Assembly: GCF_003704095.1 (NCBI RefSeq)
Contig: NW_020846072.1
Coordinates: 248,001-312,000 of the forward strand
Length of the DNA stretch: 64,000 nt
Source: Pocillopora damicornis
Taxonomy: Eukaryota
Direction: 5' to 3'
Under the pieces are notes generated by a model, which was not told the DNA's origin, ran no database searches, and worked only from the letters and a program-made list of their open reading frames with translations. Positions 28,901 to 41,959 of the stretch are shown here, in pieces (the stretch's first letter is position 1; every line of letters starts with the position of its first letter). Position numbers and translations under genes: made by a program.

Positions 28901-31900
28901 GTTCCCGTGGAGTTAAGCTCAAAATTTTCAACTTTTACCTTTTTGAGCCTCAGTTTCCTTCCTCATTTATTCCCATTTGAAATCATGACCATCTGTCTTA
29001 CACGAAAGAGATTTATGGAGCGATACACACTCTTCAAATCCTGCATTTGCCTTCGCAATTGGTAACTTAGAGAAAGATTTTCACACGAATCGAGGAAGTA
29101 CAGAAGAAATTATGGACCCTGAAAATATCTTCCACAGATCAGTGAAAAAAGTTGTTTTGCATTAAAAAGGACTCTCCTTATCCCTTGTATCCTAAGGGGT
29201 TCAGGAAATTTTTGGAAGAAAAAATATTGTTTTTAACCAGTCCTCATATTAATAGAACAACGAAAAAACTATTTCCGCTAGTTGCAAAGATACATGCTTT
29301 TCATCTCACCTGATGAAATCAGGATGGTGTGGCCGGCGGTTTCGAAGAATCAAGTAGAGAGTTTGGCCGAGATTAAGGGAAATTTTTACTTGCGTTTCGA
29401 AGGTAAAGCGGGAATGCACTTTTATTGCTTTACATAAACTTGTAATTTGTCATCGAAAAGTTGCAATACGCTCTCAACCAATTTGGTGCAAAACTAAAAC
29501 TAGTCGCGGTTTGTTCAATCAGCTTTTCCCGCGCCTCAGGCAGTTTGCACGATCTTGTTCTGAGTTCCCGTTGTCTACTTGTGATATTTTATGGAATTTT
29601 TATTAACCTACTTGGTCTTAATTGGTAGGAGCTGAAATGTACTCTAAATTATTAACAACTCTCCTCTCAATTAGAGGAAGATATCACTAAGAGAAAATGA
29701 GTTGTTTAAGACATCAGAAGTCAGCTGAATCATGTCCAGGGAATGTTCTCGAAAAATAAGAAATCAAATTATTCTTTACTTAGAGAATAATGCCCTTGCA
29801 TGAAGCCCGTTCCAGACCCTCGGATAACTGAGGCGAGCGAAAGAGCGTGCAAAATATTTTTGAAAAAAGGCAGTTGTGGTTGTCAAGGAAACGGTGACCA
29901 GTGCCCTTTTTTTGTGCATCATATTTTCGCTCTGACTGTGGATCTAGTGGAGAATTTTGTTTGTAAGGAAAGACAGTCTTCGTCGCAATGAAGTAGATGG
30001 CCCGAGTATAAACTGCAATAAATTTCAAGCCAATGGAACTCATAATGTAGAAGCATTAGCTACCTGAATTATTCGCATCTATGTCCTGGAAAATGACACA
30101 CATCCTCAGCCGTGGTGGCGATTATTTGGGCGATGGGATAGATTTCTTGAACGGTTAATACTAGGCAGTAGATGGAGAAGAAAAATGTAGAAACAGAATA
30201 CTGCTTGTAAACGAAGCTGTTTTTTTTAATGTGACAATACCCTGGTGATGTTATCGAAAGAGAAAAGTTGTTTTTGTTTTCTTGCAAGACAGTGTCATCG
30301 ATCGACGTTGTTCCCATGATAGCTCCAGTTTTGCAATACGAAGTAAACAAGGACGGAAGAGCTCGCATCATAGCTTTGGTTTACATTCGTTCGTTCAAAA
30401 TCATAACATTATATGTTTTATCCTTATCGATGTATCATCCGTAACAATTTAAGGAGGGTTATAATTCTGGAACCACCCAGGATTTTCATCTCTACCACTA
30501 TTAAGTATAAATTAAAGTTTGTATAACACTTACCAAGCTTTTCGTAAAAAACAACCTGCCGAAAAGTATCCTCAAATCATACACATTTTGCACCTTTTCG
30601 TGCAACAAAACATTTTCTGCCTAAATGTGCTGGATTTAGCCGTGAGGCTATGTCCTTACGTAGCACGGAGGGGAAAGCAAAATTATGCATTGAGCTATGA
30701 GTTTCCAGGGCATAAAATATTTAAATCATTCAAGGCTCTAGCCGTTGTCCTGGTTGCCTTGCCCATCCAGAGTCTCGATTGGTAGAACATATTTCTACCT
30801 CGACAGTACCATCCTCGCCTAATGGTCATCAGTCTAGATAGGGCTATCAATGTGACCATTTTGATATCATCTCTTTGTCGAGTTGAAAAAGTGTAATTTT
30901 CTCACCCAGCAGGTTGTCAGTCTTTGGTGCTAGCAACCCATTGTAGTTATTATAAATTTTCTAAGATGTTCAAATGCAGGGCTCAAGGTGTGCGGAATAA
31001 AATGTCATTTAAACGAACTGCGTTACAATTGGAATAAAAAATATCAAATTTGAAATGAGTAGAATGTTTGTTGAGTATTTCCCTCTGTCGTGACATTGGT
31101 GTTTTCACATGATTATTTAGCTTTTGTGCAAAGCCTGAGGGAAGACAATAACGGAAATTTTCCTCATTTGACAGTGCAAATTCAGTAGATCCTTTGTATT
31201 TCATCGGTTTCTGTATTTTGTCACTTAATGTAATTTGCATAATTATTCTGTACTTACTTTGCATTAAAGCGTAAACGACTTTCTAACAAAATCTTTCGCT
31301 TTTTTCTCACAAAATCTCAACAAAAATGTAGAAGAAAAAGAATTGAAAGTTGTTTTCTATTCTCCTGATCGTTTTTAAATGTTTCAGGTATGACTTGTTT
31401 GGTTTACATTTCAGCCCAATTACTTTTACGTCATCCACCTTCAGTTTGACAACCAAATATGCAATGAGGCTCTCTAACGAGTAGCATAACAGTTATTGTA
31501 TTAGAAAGGAAAACATATTTGCGTATGCCTCGAACAGGTGATCGCAAAGAGCAAGTCGGACGAAAGATATCTATGTAAGTTCACATCACTTTTATTAGTC
31601 AAGATTTAGATGAGTTCTCTAACTGATTCAGATTTGAACGTTTGAGAATTTTCCTGCGATACAAAGATCGAAGAATTCGTACCGCAGTCGGCGCAAGGTA
31701 GGGTTTAAGTTCCGTCAGAGCTGTTGCTTGAGTATAAACTAAGTGAAGATACAGAAAGAAACATTAACAACCGAAAAAAAAATGCGACAGAAAGTTGATG
31801 TCGATTGGGAAATCAACGGACAACAATCCTGTATAACTACATGAGATACGTGTTACTGCACTAGAAGAAATTTGCTGTTCATGTATTAGTTAGGTCGGGA

Positions 31901-34900
31901 TGAGAGATAACTGGTTCATTTGTTACACTAAATGCAGATCTTGTGTACTATCCCTTTTTCCTTATGATCTTTCTCTCGTTTTTCGATTATTAAATGTAAA
32001 AATTTTACGAATTAAGAAAAATAGGGAGGTGATCATAAAATATTTCGCAAAATTTGACTTTTGTAATAGGAAACGAGAAACATTATTTACACGGTACTGA
32101 CAGATAAGCCTATTTATGTTCATTATGAAAGCGACATTGTAAACGTCAAAGACAAATCTTTAAAAGTTGAATTCCTGCTTAATGTAACTACTGACCGATC
32201 AAAATCTATTTTTTAATTGTTCCTCTCTTTGATCACATGCAACAATCAGAAACTTCGGAAACGAAAAAGCCACAAGCCTTCCTCACAGTTTAGTTTGCGC
32301 TTTGTTTTTAGAAAAAAAAGGCTGTAAAGTAATTGGAAGAATCCAATCAACGGTTATAGGTAGACCGAACTTTATTTTTATTTTATTTTTCAATAATCTT
32401 TTGGTTTTTGCTTTTTATGAGAAAGTCATTAACTATCCTAATCTTCAGGGGTGCTCTAGGTGCTTTTAGTAATTGAAAAGGTTGATTTGATGGCTACATC
32501 GATTCGACTTTTTTTTTTTTTCATTTTCATTTTCTTTTTCTATGTTGTTTCTCAGTTGGTTTCTGCTTCGTACGAAAGTAGCATTACTGAAGGGTAATAT
32601 ACGAAACTTTTCTTCTTCATCCAATGCCCAACGACAAACGACATACGACATTCTCTTACTACGACCGATAGAAAATTGATTCGAAAGCGAAGAGTATACT
32701 TTAAGATTTAGGTATTTTTTTTTTTGTCACCGCTAGTGGTTTTGTTTCACGGGACAAATTAAACTTTCATTTCACATAAATATCAAAATTTATTTTGACC
32801 AAATTGTATGTGTGATGCAGTCAGTCATGCTGGGCTGATTGTAGTGTTGCTTATTTGAATTCACCGCCAATTGTGACCACTAAAATGGAGATCATTCGAG
32901 AGAATTTTACGTGGCATTGCATTGTATTGTATCATGCTAAAGTTTGACAAGCGCTGTAAAGAATGACATAATCGCATTAAATTTTTTTTTGATTGCGAAA
33001 CCCTACTGAAATATCTCGAAGGCTCAAAATCGCTAAATTCTGCAAAAGCGGCCCACCCATTCAAAGTTCACCAATTTCTTAATTATTCCTCTTTTCGTTT
33101 AGAAGTTGAAGATGTCATTCACAACGAAGCACTCCATGCAATTGTCCACTCTTTCGGATCATTGTCTCACTCAGAGCCAAACATAAATGGAACTAAACAT
33201 GGAAAATATAGATATATACTGTCATTAATGTTCCCACTGGATTCTCTCCAGAAGTACTTTTTCGTGAAACTTTTCGTTTTCCTGCAGTTTTTATGGGTAA
33301 TATTTGCAGTTTTTCTTGCTGAATTTTCAGGCTGGCCACTATTAGCAGCAAGAGAGTTTATGTACAGTTTTACGGAAAAAAATTTCATGATAACCGTGTA
33401 ATGTCTGTGGTATTATGAAAAATCGCGAAAATGAAGATGCAACTAACCTTAGATAATGCAGAGGATTTCTACCAATCAACCAGCTTCCCCTCAAATCCTT
33501 GATCACAGACGCATTACACCATTGATTACTTTTAATTAATATCACATAGGAGATATGCGTGATTGTAAACTTTTGTTTACCTTTTGATTTTGGAACAGAA
33601 CTTGTCGTCTCAAGGGTTACGTTAAGTCCAAGAAAATAGGTAAAGTGAATGTTAACTAGGGCAATCTCTCTGATTTATACGGTTCTGTTTCGATCTGATG
33701 TAACTGGATGTCTCCAATCACTGTAAAAAAAAGTCACGCAAAACAGGAGTATATTGATGATCGATTTACATCAGTTTAGTTTTCATGTAGGCGAGCACCT
33801 GGCAATTATCGCGTCACAACGAGGGAAAACGCGTATAGACTATTCGCTTGGTAAGATACAGAGACAACAAAATCGGAAAAACTATATAAGAAAAAACGAG
33901 ATTGGTTATGGTTGAAGCAAAGTTTGACACGTATTTCAGTTGAACAACCTTGAAAACGTTCGGCGAGATATCTCAAAGGTGAGCTAACAACCTTAATATT
34001 GATGTATACTCTGATTTACATCTTAGAAGTGGTTACAATGGGTTTAAATAATTTTTCATTTCGTTTAGAGGGCTGTCGTGTTTTGCCGAATTCTTAAACT
34101 AATGAGTTTAATTTCTGTTATTATGATATTCCTGTAATTAATGATAGATGGCTTTTCAATACGTTCTAGACGGATGTAGCGACTTAATTTCCTTTAGCTG
34201 CCTAACGTTTTTTTCTTTTCTGACAAATAGCATTTTGCCTGTCAATCGTATAGATGCACGTGAAGTGTTTTTAATTTCCTCAGCGGTATTATTCTGAATC
34301 ACAGATGAAAACTCTTTGTGTATACATCTATTTAGCAGAAAGCGTTATGGCGTTATACATAGGATAACGAACTAAGTTTGAAATAACGAAACATTTGCAG
34401 TGTTGGCCAAGAAAGAGAAAGTTAATTACGGCAGCAACAACAGGAGTGACTTAAGTTTACAATTTAAAGTTTTTTTAGCGGTGTTTCGTTTGTTTGTTTG
34501 GTTTGCTTTTTTGCATTTTTTTCATCAGTTTAGATTTTAACACGAGAGATAATTTGAGTTTGTGAACTTCAACAGTTTAGGCGTACAACAGAGTTCGAAT
34601 TGGACTGGCCATTTAGTACCATAGATTGAATGATCTCCCGACAAACCCTATTAACAAGAATATTTCAAGTCATAACCTTTTCGCGCAATCGTCTGAGTTT
34701 CGGTTCGGTCTCTACTACCGATATAAGTCGAATTTTGGTCATTTCGTATTTTTCCCCTTTTTTTTTAAACAAATGTTAGTGTACAACAATGGAAAAACTA
34801 GATCATAAACCATAATCGCTCTTTGAAATTTTATTTTACTGACGCACCTTCCACCTTTAATCCGGTGTCGACAGTTTTTTTTTCTTATTTTGATACCTAG

Positions 34901-34974
34901 GTAATAAAGGGAATATTTAAAACGCTACAATAATATTGAAAATCCTAAAACTACAACAATATTTAAATTAATGT

Positions 34975-35074
34975 NNNNNNNNNNNNNNNNNNNNNNNNNN
35001 NNNNNNNNNNNNNNNNNNNNNNNNNNNNNNNNNNNNNNNNNNNNNNNNNNNNNNNNNNNNNNNNNNNNNNNNNN
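34975..35074. other. Assembly gap (100 N)
   Basis: Run of N. Confidence 1.
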
Positions 35075-35578
35075 CATACGGACCTCCCAGCCGGCAAATA
35101 ACATATATGTATGATTTGTTTGGAGAAAGGATTATAACCTCTCCAACTTACAGTCGAGAAATTTGAACAAAATCAATGAAAGTGAACCTGGAAAAGACAT
35201 ATTTTCTTTACAATTGAAATATGAATTCAAATTTAGAATCGTTTTTGGTAAATTTAGCTTTTTAGTTAGTTAGAATATTCTCATTTTTCCCTACCATAAC
35301 AGATTATATATTTTCAACTTTTTCTTCTTTTACCTCAAGTTCAAGGAGACAAGCCTAAAGCAACTGCGGAATATTATCAGCCGTGTACAATCAGGGATGA
35401 TTTTAATTTCGAAGGTTCCTTTGGAACGTTCAATCGAGAAGCGCTCCAAACGGACCTTGTCTCACCACTTGAGAAGAGTGTAGAAGTCATGATGAACGTC
35501 ACAAACAGAGTCATGTTCAGTGATTTAAAAATACATATCGTTTGTTCACTACCTTTTTTCTCTCTTAGCTGACAGAAT

Positions 35579-36763
35579 ATGGAAAACTCCACGTCGCAGT
35601 ATCTAACAAGCATGGATCACGCCCTCTGCATAACATTTTGGGTGATCGCTGTTGTTTCCTTTGTATTAAACTTATTGTTTGCCATTGTAATTGCGAGGAA
35701 ACCTTCCATGCTAAAAAGGCCTCATAATATTCTACTGTTTAGTTTGGCCATTACTGATATGCTAACTGGTGAGTTTATGGCAATTCTCTTGTGTTTTGCG
35801 GTTATGGTTCTCTAAACAATCTCCATTGCAACATTTACCTCAGTTTTTTTAAATTACTCTTTGTTATCACTTTAGTTTTGGATTTACGGCTGTAAGCCCA
35901 CAATCAAAGTACTTAAGTATATTTTGACTAGAAGATAATGCGCTGTTTTTTCTCCTTCAGGAGTCTTTCTCTTAGCTACTCCCGGATATGCCATTCCCAC
36001 GTCTGAATACCCAGTCCCTCTTGGATTACGCGGTGAGATTTTTTGCCGTTTGCTCGCCAACAGATATATCCTGTTTGCATTGGGAAAAGTTTCCATCCTT
36101 CTCGTGGCCTGTCTCGCCATTGAACGATGGTACTGCGTGTTAAGACCATTCAAATACAAGCATCAATTTAAAAGAAGGCGTACCATTCTGTATGTTGCCA
36201 TCACGTTTATGATCACGTGTATTCTGTCCATGAATAAGTTGTTCGAAACGAGCTTACATGGTAGCAAGTGTGTCACTGATAAAGCTCCATACGGTATTGA
36301 CGGTACTCGAGTGTTTGTCATCGCTTACAGTTTTGTGGCATTTTATTTTCCCTGTTTGGTAACATGGCTCACATTTGCCCATATCATGCGTAATCTTCCA
36401 TCATCTCCTGGAGAAAGTGCTGAGAGTGTCAACAAACGAAGGCGACAGAGATTGTTACTGCGCATGTGCGCTGTAACTGCAGCAGCCTTGACAGTGTGCG
36501 GCTTTCCTTCGCAGACCAATTACATTCTAAGCTCTTTTGGTATTACAGAAGTTAAAAGCCCTTTGCATAAGATGTTCAATGTTCTGGTGTTTTTTAATTC
36601 CTGCATGAATCCCATGATATACTGCCTTACTAACAAAGATTACAGAAAAGAGTTCAAAAGACTTCTTGGATGCCACCGAGGTAACGAAATATCTCCAGAA
36701 ACGGACCATGGCACCACTCTCCACTTGGAGCAAGCAGAAAAAGATAAAGAGATAACGTCCTAG
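35579..36763 (+). CDS. Orphan rhodopsin-family (class A) GPCR, 2 exons, 330 aa; paralog of 24569-25968
   Basis: Exons 35579-35768 and 35961-36763. Motifs SLAITD, LAIERW, NSCMNPMIY. The single phase-1 intron is at the same position (after D[LM]LTG) as in the paralog. Confidence 0.92.
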
Positions 36764-38626
36764 CTCCCCCCGTGTGAGGCATATAAGGAGATGAAGAGAT
36801 ATTGGGCTCAGACAAGAGACAACTTATGTTCCCTTATCCCAGGATTGCTTCTCTCTTTCGTGGGCCTCAGTACCTACAACGTAATCTCATAAAGATATTT
36901 TCCTTTTCATCTGGACTGGCTATCAGCAAGGACATAAATGACAAATCAATGCTCTATTGGGGTTCCACGCTATAGAAATAGAGGAAAGAAATTTTTTTTC
37001 CTACAATTTTTTCTTTTTTCTTGTCCCAGACCGAATAAAGACGCAGTAATTCTGCCTCTAAATAAAGAAAGTTGAATGGTAATTTATGACAATATGATAA
37101 AACAATAATGTATCATACGTAAAATATATGGACTGGTGTAACCTTTGGTAGCAGGTATTACCAGTAAATCATTTAAAACAAAACCGCTAATCACTGGTCG
37201 CAACTGCAAATTGACTTTTTGGGCATGAGTACACCGAATTGAACTCCTTTTGTTAGTTTCGTTTTTGACACTTAATCTGATAGGACTCTGAATACAATCT
37301 AGGAATAATAAGAAATAAGAGATCATGGACCACACATTTTTGTTAAATCAGCGAAAATATCTCAGTGAAAAAGCTGATCTGGCCAGCGTGGTCTGACCAT
37401 GTTTTAGTCAGTCGCAATGAATAATGGGATGATTAGGATAATTAAATGCCTGGCAGCATGCAAAGTTAGCTTTGTACATTACTATTAATATTGTAAGTAT
37501 ATGTAAACGAGGCAAGGATCACACTGTGAAAGCTCAAATTAAACTTAAGGTATGTATTTGAACGAGATTTTCCTTCTTATGCGTCAGCTAATTTCATTGT
37601 GTAGGAGTGTATAAGGGCTAAAGGGATCTCTAAAATGGCAAGATTACAGTTTTAGTACAATCAAGAGAGGATGGTTCCCTTGATATAACGTATCCAATGC
37701 GTGCCGTTGTAGGAATTGCAAAATTTATCTTTCAAAGGTCAAATTGAGTATGAACTTTCAAATTACAGTCGAACCTGTATTAGGCGGTAAATGATTGACT
37801 CAAAAAGCACAGCTCCAAGCCAAATTTCGTGTTCTTGGTTAAACAGAAAACCTTTCGTCTTATTGCGCTTTCCTAACAGGAAATCAGGATTTTACCGAGA
37901 AATTTATGAGCTCTATTAATTCCCCTACATCTGGGTTTCTTCTCATTGCCAAGGCATTTGAAATGCAAATTTGCGTAGTCAGGCCACATTTGCGTGAAGC
38001 CAAACGATTTCCGGTGCACGTGGAAAAAAAACAAGATTAATTTCTGTTTTAACCAATATTCCTCATTCATTCCAAAATTAGCAATTTTTTAAGGACCGCC
38101 TTTAGTAGGGTTTTTGATTACTGTATCTATTTCTACTTGACCTGATATGATCGTGAAAAATAGCTGTTACATTTTCTTGTTAATTTTAAACCCACTGCTA
38201 CTTTAAAATGAAATCTTTGGAACTTAAATGCTTTTCTTCGAGTACTTAAAATTATAGAAAACTTAACTGATTTGATTCAGCGTGGTAGATATAGTTTTCT
38301 TCCACCGTTCCGTCCTGTACAAACATCAGAGGTTGTGTTACATAAGCTAACTAATCTGATTTCCGGTTTAACGTCAGGTCACGTCCAGGACGGTATCCGG
38401 TCTAGCAAGTTTTGCTACTTGGTAACCTGCCTTCTGATTTTATACGCTCTGATTGGCTGAGCCAGCCGAAACCGCCGTGAAACATGTTTTTGTTGTGTAC
38501 AAGGAAAAAAATTTTTGCAACCGAGCTGGAAATACCGGCCTAACTGCATTTGGAAAATGTACTCGTTGTCGTTCATTCGTTTCTTTTTTCACTCCGGTGG
38601 GGTTTCGTCTGTTTTCTAACGGAAAT

Positions 38627-41600
38627 ATGAAGTTTACAATCCTAGAGCCCGACGGAAAGGCACACGATTTCGTTCTGACAGGCGACAAACTGGGACAAGA
38701 AGCATTAGACAAGGTAAGAAGCACGAGAAACGCTGAACTTGCAAATGTAGTTTAACGTCAAATTTTCTCCTGAAAGATGAGATAATTTTATCATTCAATG
38801 ACTCTTGTTACTATATTTCTCAGGTCTGTGAGCAGCTAGGAATAAAGGAGAAAAATTATTTTGGTCTTCGACACACTGTGAATGATATCGGAGTCTGGTT
38901 AAATCTGAGAAATCCAGTGTCAACTCAACTTCGCCCTCATTTACCTGGAAAACCTCATCGGCTCCGCCTTGAGGTTAAATTTTATGTAGCACCACAAGAA
39001 CTTCAACAGGAGGAAACGAGGTGAGCTAATTTAGCTTTCGTTTTGTGCACGTTTGAATCACTGCACGTTTTGTTCGTTTTGAAACTTAATATGCTGGGTT
39101 TATATAGAGAGGTCGCGACAGCTTGTCACTGCATTGCACGAACGACCATTATTTCAAAATGTTTTTGATCCTGTCGTTTTTTCACTTTGATGAATGATCA
39201 AGTGACAAATTTTTCAACTGAGAATACAATTTTGTGGCTTTTAGACAACAGTTTTACCTCTGTCTCAAGAAGCAAATGGCCGACGGAAAATTCAATTTGA
39301 CACAAGATAACGCTGTTCAGCTTTGTGCTCTCATGGCCCAGGTTGAGTATGGAGATTACTCAAACATGCCTAGAATCTACCCACAGTTTCTTTCACCTTG
39401 GGGCCGAGAAGACATGGACGCAAAAATAGCTGAGGCACATCAAAAGCTACAAGGGATGCCTTCGTCAGTTGCAAGAGATTCATTTCTCAATGTTATGTCC
39501 AAGGAAGAGCTTTACGATGCAGAAAATTTCAAGGCCAAAACAGGCAAGCAAAAAGTCATGGTGGCAGTTGGAAGCAGTGGATTGAAAGTGTACGAGAGAA
39601 GAACCCATGGAAAGCTCAAGCAAAGGTAAGGGACTGATTGAAATGTTTTTTATCAATAACTTTCAGCTTTTGTTACATTGGGTCAACTTTTAATTGTTTT
39701 AATGTCGTATTTGGTCCCGCAGGGCCAATCGTCTCTGGTTACTTATTTACCAACATCTTAAGCTTTTAACAAAAGCAATGGATTAGAAACCGAAAATGAA
39801 ATGTAAAAACACATTTTCCAATCTTTTATCAAAAAAATTTGTTTAGATAGGAATGACAGTGAGGTTGCAGGGACCTTTGTTTTTTGAACTCAAACAAATT
39901 TTTGCGCTTGTGTGATAGGTTTGTTTTGTCAAAATCACGTATAATTATCTTTTGTCATCGGATTTGATGCTCATCTTACCTTTTGTTTGAAGCTTTATCT
40001 ACTTTCTGATGGTAATCTTGAGGGGTGTAGATTTCAGGAAGACTTTTGGGAGGGTATCTTATAATTACCAATCATGGTATGACAAAATCTTTTCTTTTAA
40101 AACATCAAGAGTTTTTTGTTAGCTTCATTGTTTTTGTAGGGTTAGTAAGCCTGTGTGTATGCTTTTATTTGGTAGCCAGGGTGAATATGTGGTAATTAAA
40201 AAAATCTAAATTTTGAGCTCATTGGCAAAGGGAGTGGAGATGTAATGCTACCTTTTGATCATCAGAAAATATGCATCCTTTTAAAAACTCGCTGGTAACC
40301 CAGGGCTGTCAGTAAGTTTGAAAATAGAAGGCAAATTGAAAGTAGAAGGTTATTAGGTTATTGTGGGCTCAGTGTTGCTTCCTCAGAATACAAGTAAGAT
40401 TAGGAACTATTCAGTTTCAGTGTCCCTGCATACATGCCATACAGTTGGCATGAACCTTTAGGCAAATTCTCAACATGGGTTTGATTCACACATCCAATGC
40501 AGTTACTGGAAAATTATCTAGTGACCTCTCTTAAAATTGACAAACAGCTGCTGTACAAATTTCTTTAACTGTATTTCAATAATTGTGCAATTTTTCATGA
40601 GTAATTATGTTGACAAAGGAAGTGAGAGCAGCCACTAAATACGACAGACCAGGGGGCAACCTTGATGGGCTAACTGCTATTATTGACAGCTCTGTGAATA
40701 TGTTTTAGCCACAATCAGATGATCAGTGCCACTTATTGGGGGGGAGGGAGGGTGGTTTTTATTAATCATAAAGAGAGCTGAGGCACTGAGAAACTTTACC
40801 TTTGGTTGGGAAATGAAGAAAAATTGCTTTCTACAATTACAAGTATCAGGGCCTCCTCTTTTTCCTCACTGTGTGGATCCTGTATTGATCATCAGCAGAG
40901 TTTTGATAGATTGAATCAAGTGGTTTCCAAAATGTTTAGTGGCTCCCCTGAGTAGCATTTCTCTATCCAATGCACTTGGCTTGTCCTACTTTTCTATAGT
41001 TTCTCAGTAGTTCTTGCCCCTAAGTCTAGGGTTTTTTTAAATGCATTCAACAAATGGAATTGAGTAACCCAATCAGGAACCTGCTTATGAACGAGTACAT
41101 GCAACTGTTATTTGCTAACTCCACTTTTGAATGGTGAATGAAGGGTAATGCAACTGTATTTATCCAATTTTGTAGTTTGTGTTGACTTAAGATCTTTGAA
41201 CTTAATTGCAGCATTGGTTTTGAAAGCATAATGAAGATGAATGTGTCTGAAGAGCGACTGATTGTTGTGTTGAAGAAAGTGTCTGAAAACAGCAAGTTGA
41301 ACTTCATCCACTTCTTCTTATCCAGCAGCGATGCTGCAAAAGCAATGCATAAGGCTGCCATGGAGCACCAACTATTCTTCTACTCTAGTAAAGTTCGACA
41401 GTCAGTTCTCAACCATTATTTGCTTTCCACTCCATGTTGGGCTCTGCCAGCCAAGTGGTTCACCAAGATGCCACCAGGTGAGCTTTTTCACTTGGATGTG
41501 AAACATACAAGGCGTCAGGCATACGATCTTCACTATGAAAAAGTTCATGAAGACAGTGACTCTGTGTTTAGACACAACTGGGTCTCAAAGTGCTCCAATT

Positions 41601-41959
41601 GTACCTCTGAAGAAGCTAATGCTCTCTTCACACCATGTGGGCACCTTGTTTACTGTAGTGATTGTGCAAAGGCTGAATCAGCCTGCCCTGTGTGTAATAC
41701 TGTTGTTACCAGCTGGCAAAGGGTTTATTTCTCCAATGACTCAGAGTGTGATGATTGGACTTGCCAGATTTGCATGGACTCTGAAATCAACACTGCATTT
41801 TCCCCATGTGGACATGTTTGTGCATGTGAGAAATGTTCATGCCATCTTCCTTACTGCCCAATGTGCAAGACATTCATTACCTTTGTTCAGAGAATTCATG
41901 TTCAGTTCCCTGAACAACCTGGTGAAAGTGATGATGATGATGGCTATAATTCATCTTGA
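38627..41959 (+). CDS. MYLIP: FERM-domain RING E3 ubiquitin ligase, MYLIP/IDOL-like, with two C-terminal RING fingers, 4 exons, 470 aa
   Basis: Exons 38627-38713, 38824-39020, 39245-39625, 41212-41959 (1413 nt). FERM features GQEALDKVCEQLGIKEKNYFGL, WLNLRN, VKFYV, AQVEYGDY; MYLIP-like HxFFxxxxV and DVKHTRRQAYD; RINGs CSNC..PCGH..CSDC..CPVC and CQICMD..PCGH..CEKC..CPMC. Confidence 0.85.

Noticed and set aside
29305-29350. CTGATGA as a second hammerhead core
   Set aside because: No correctly placed GAAA box or stem II/III; it is part of a small CCTGAT-GAA-ATCAGG hairpin.
38453-38626. N-terminal extension of the FERM-RING ORF shown in the ORF track
   Set aside because: It starts at a non-ATG codon. 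The FERM similarity begins at ATG 38627, so this is probably 5' UTR.
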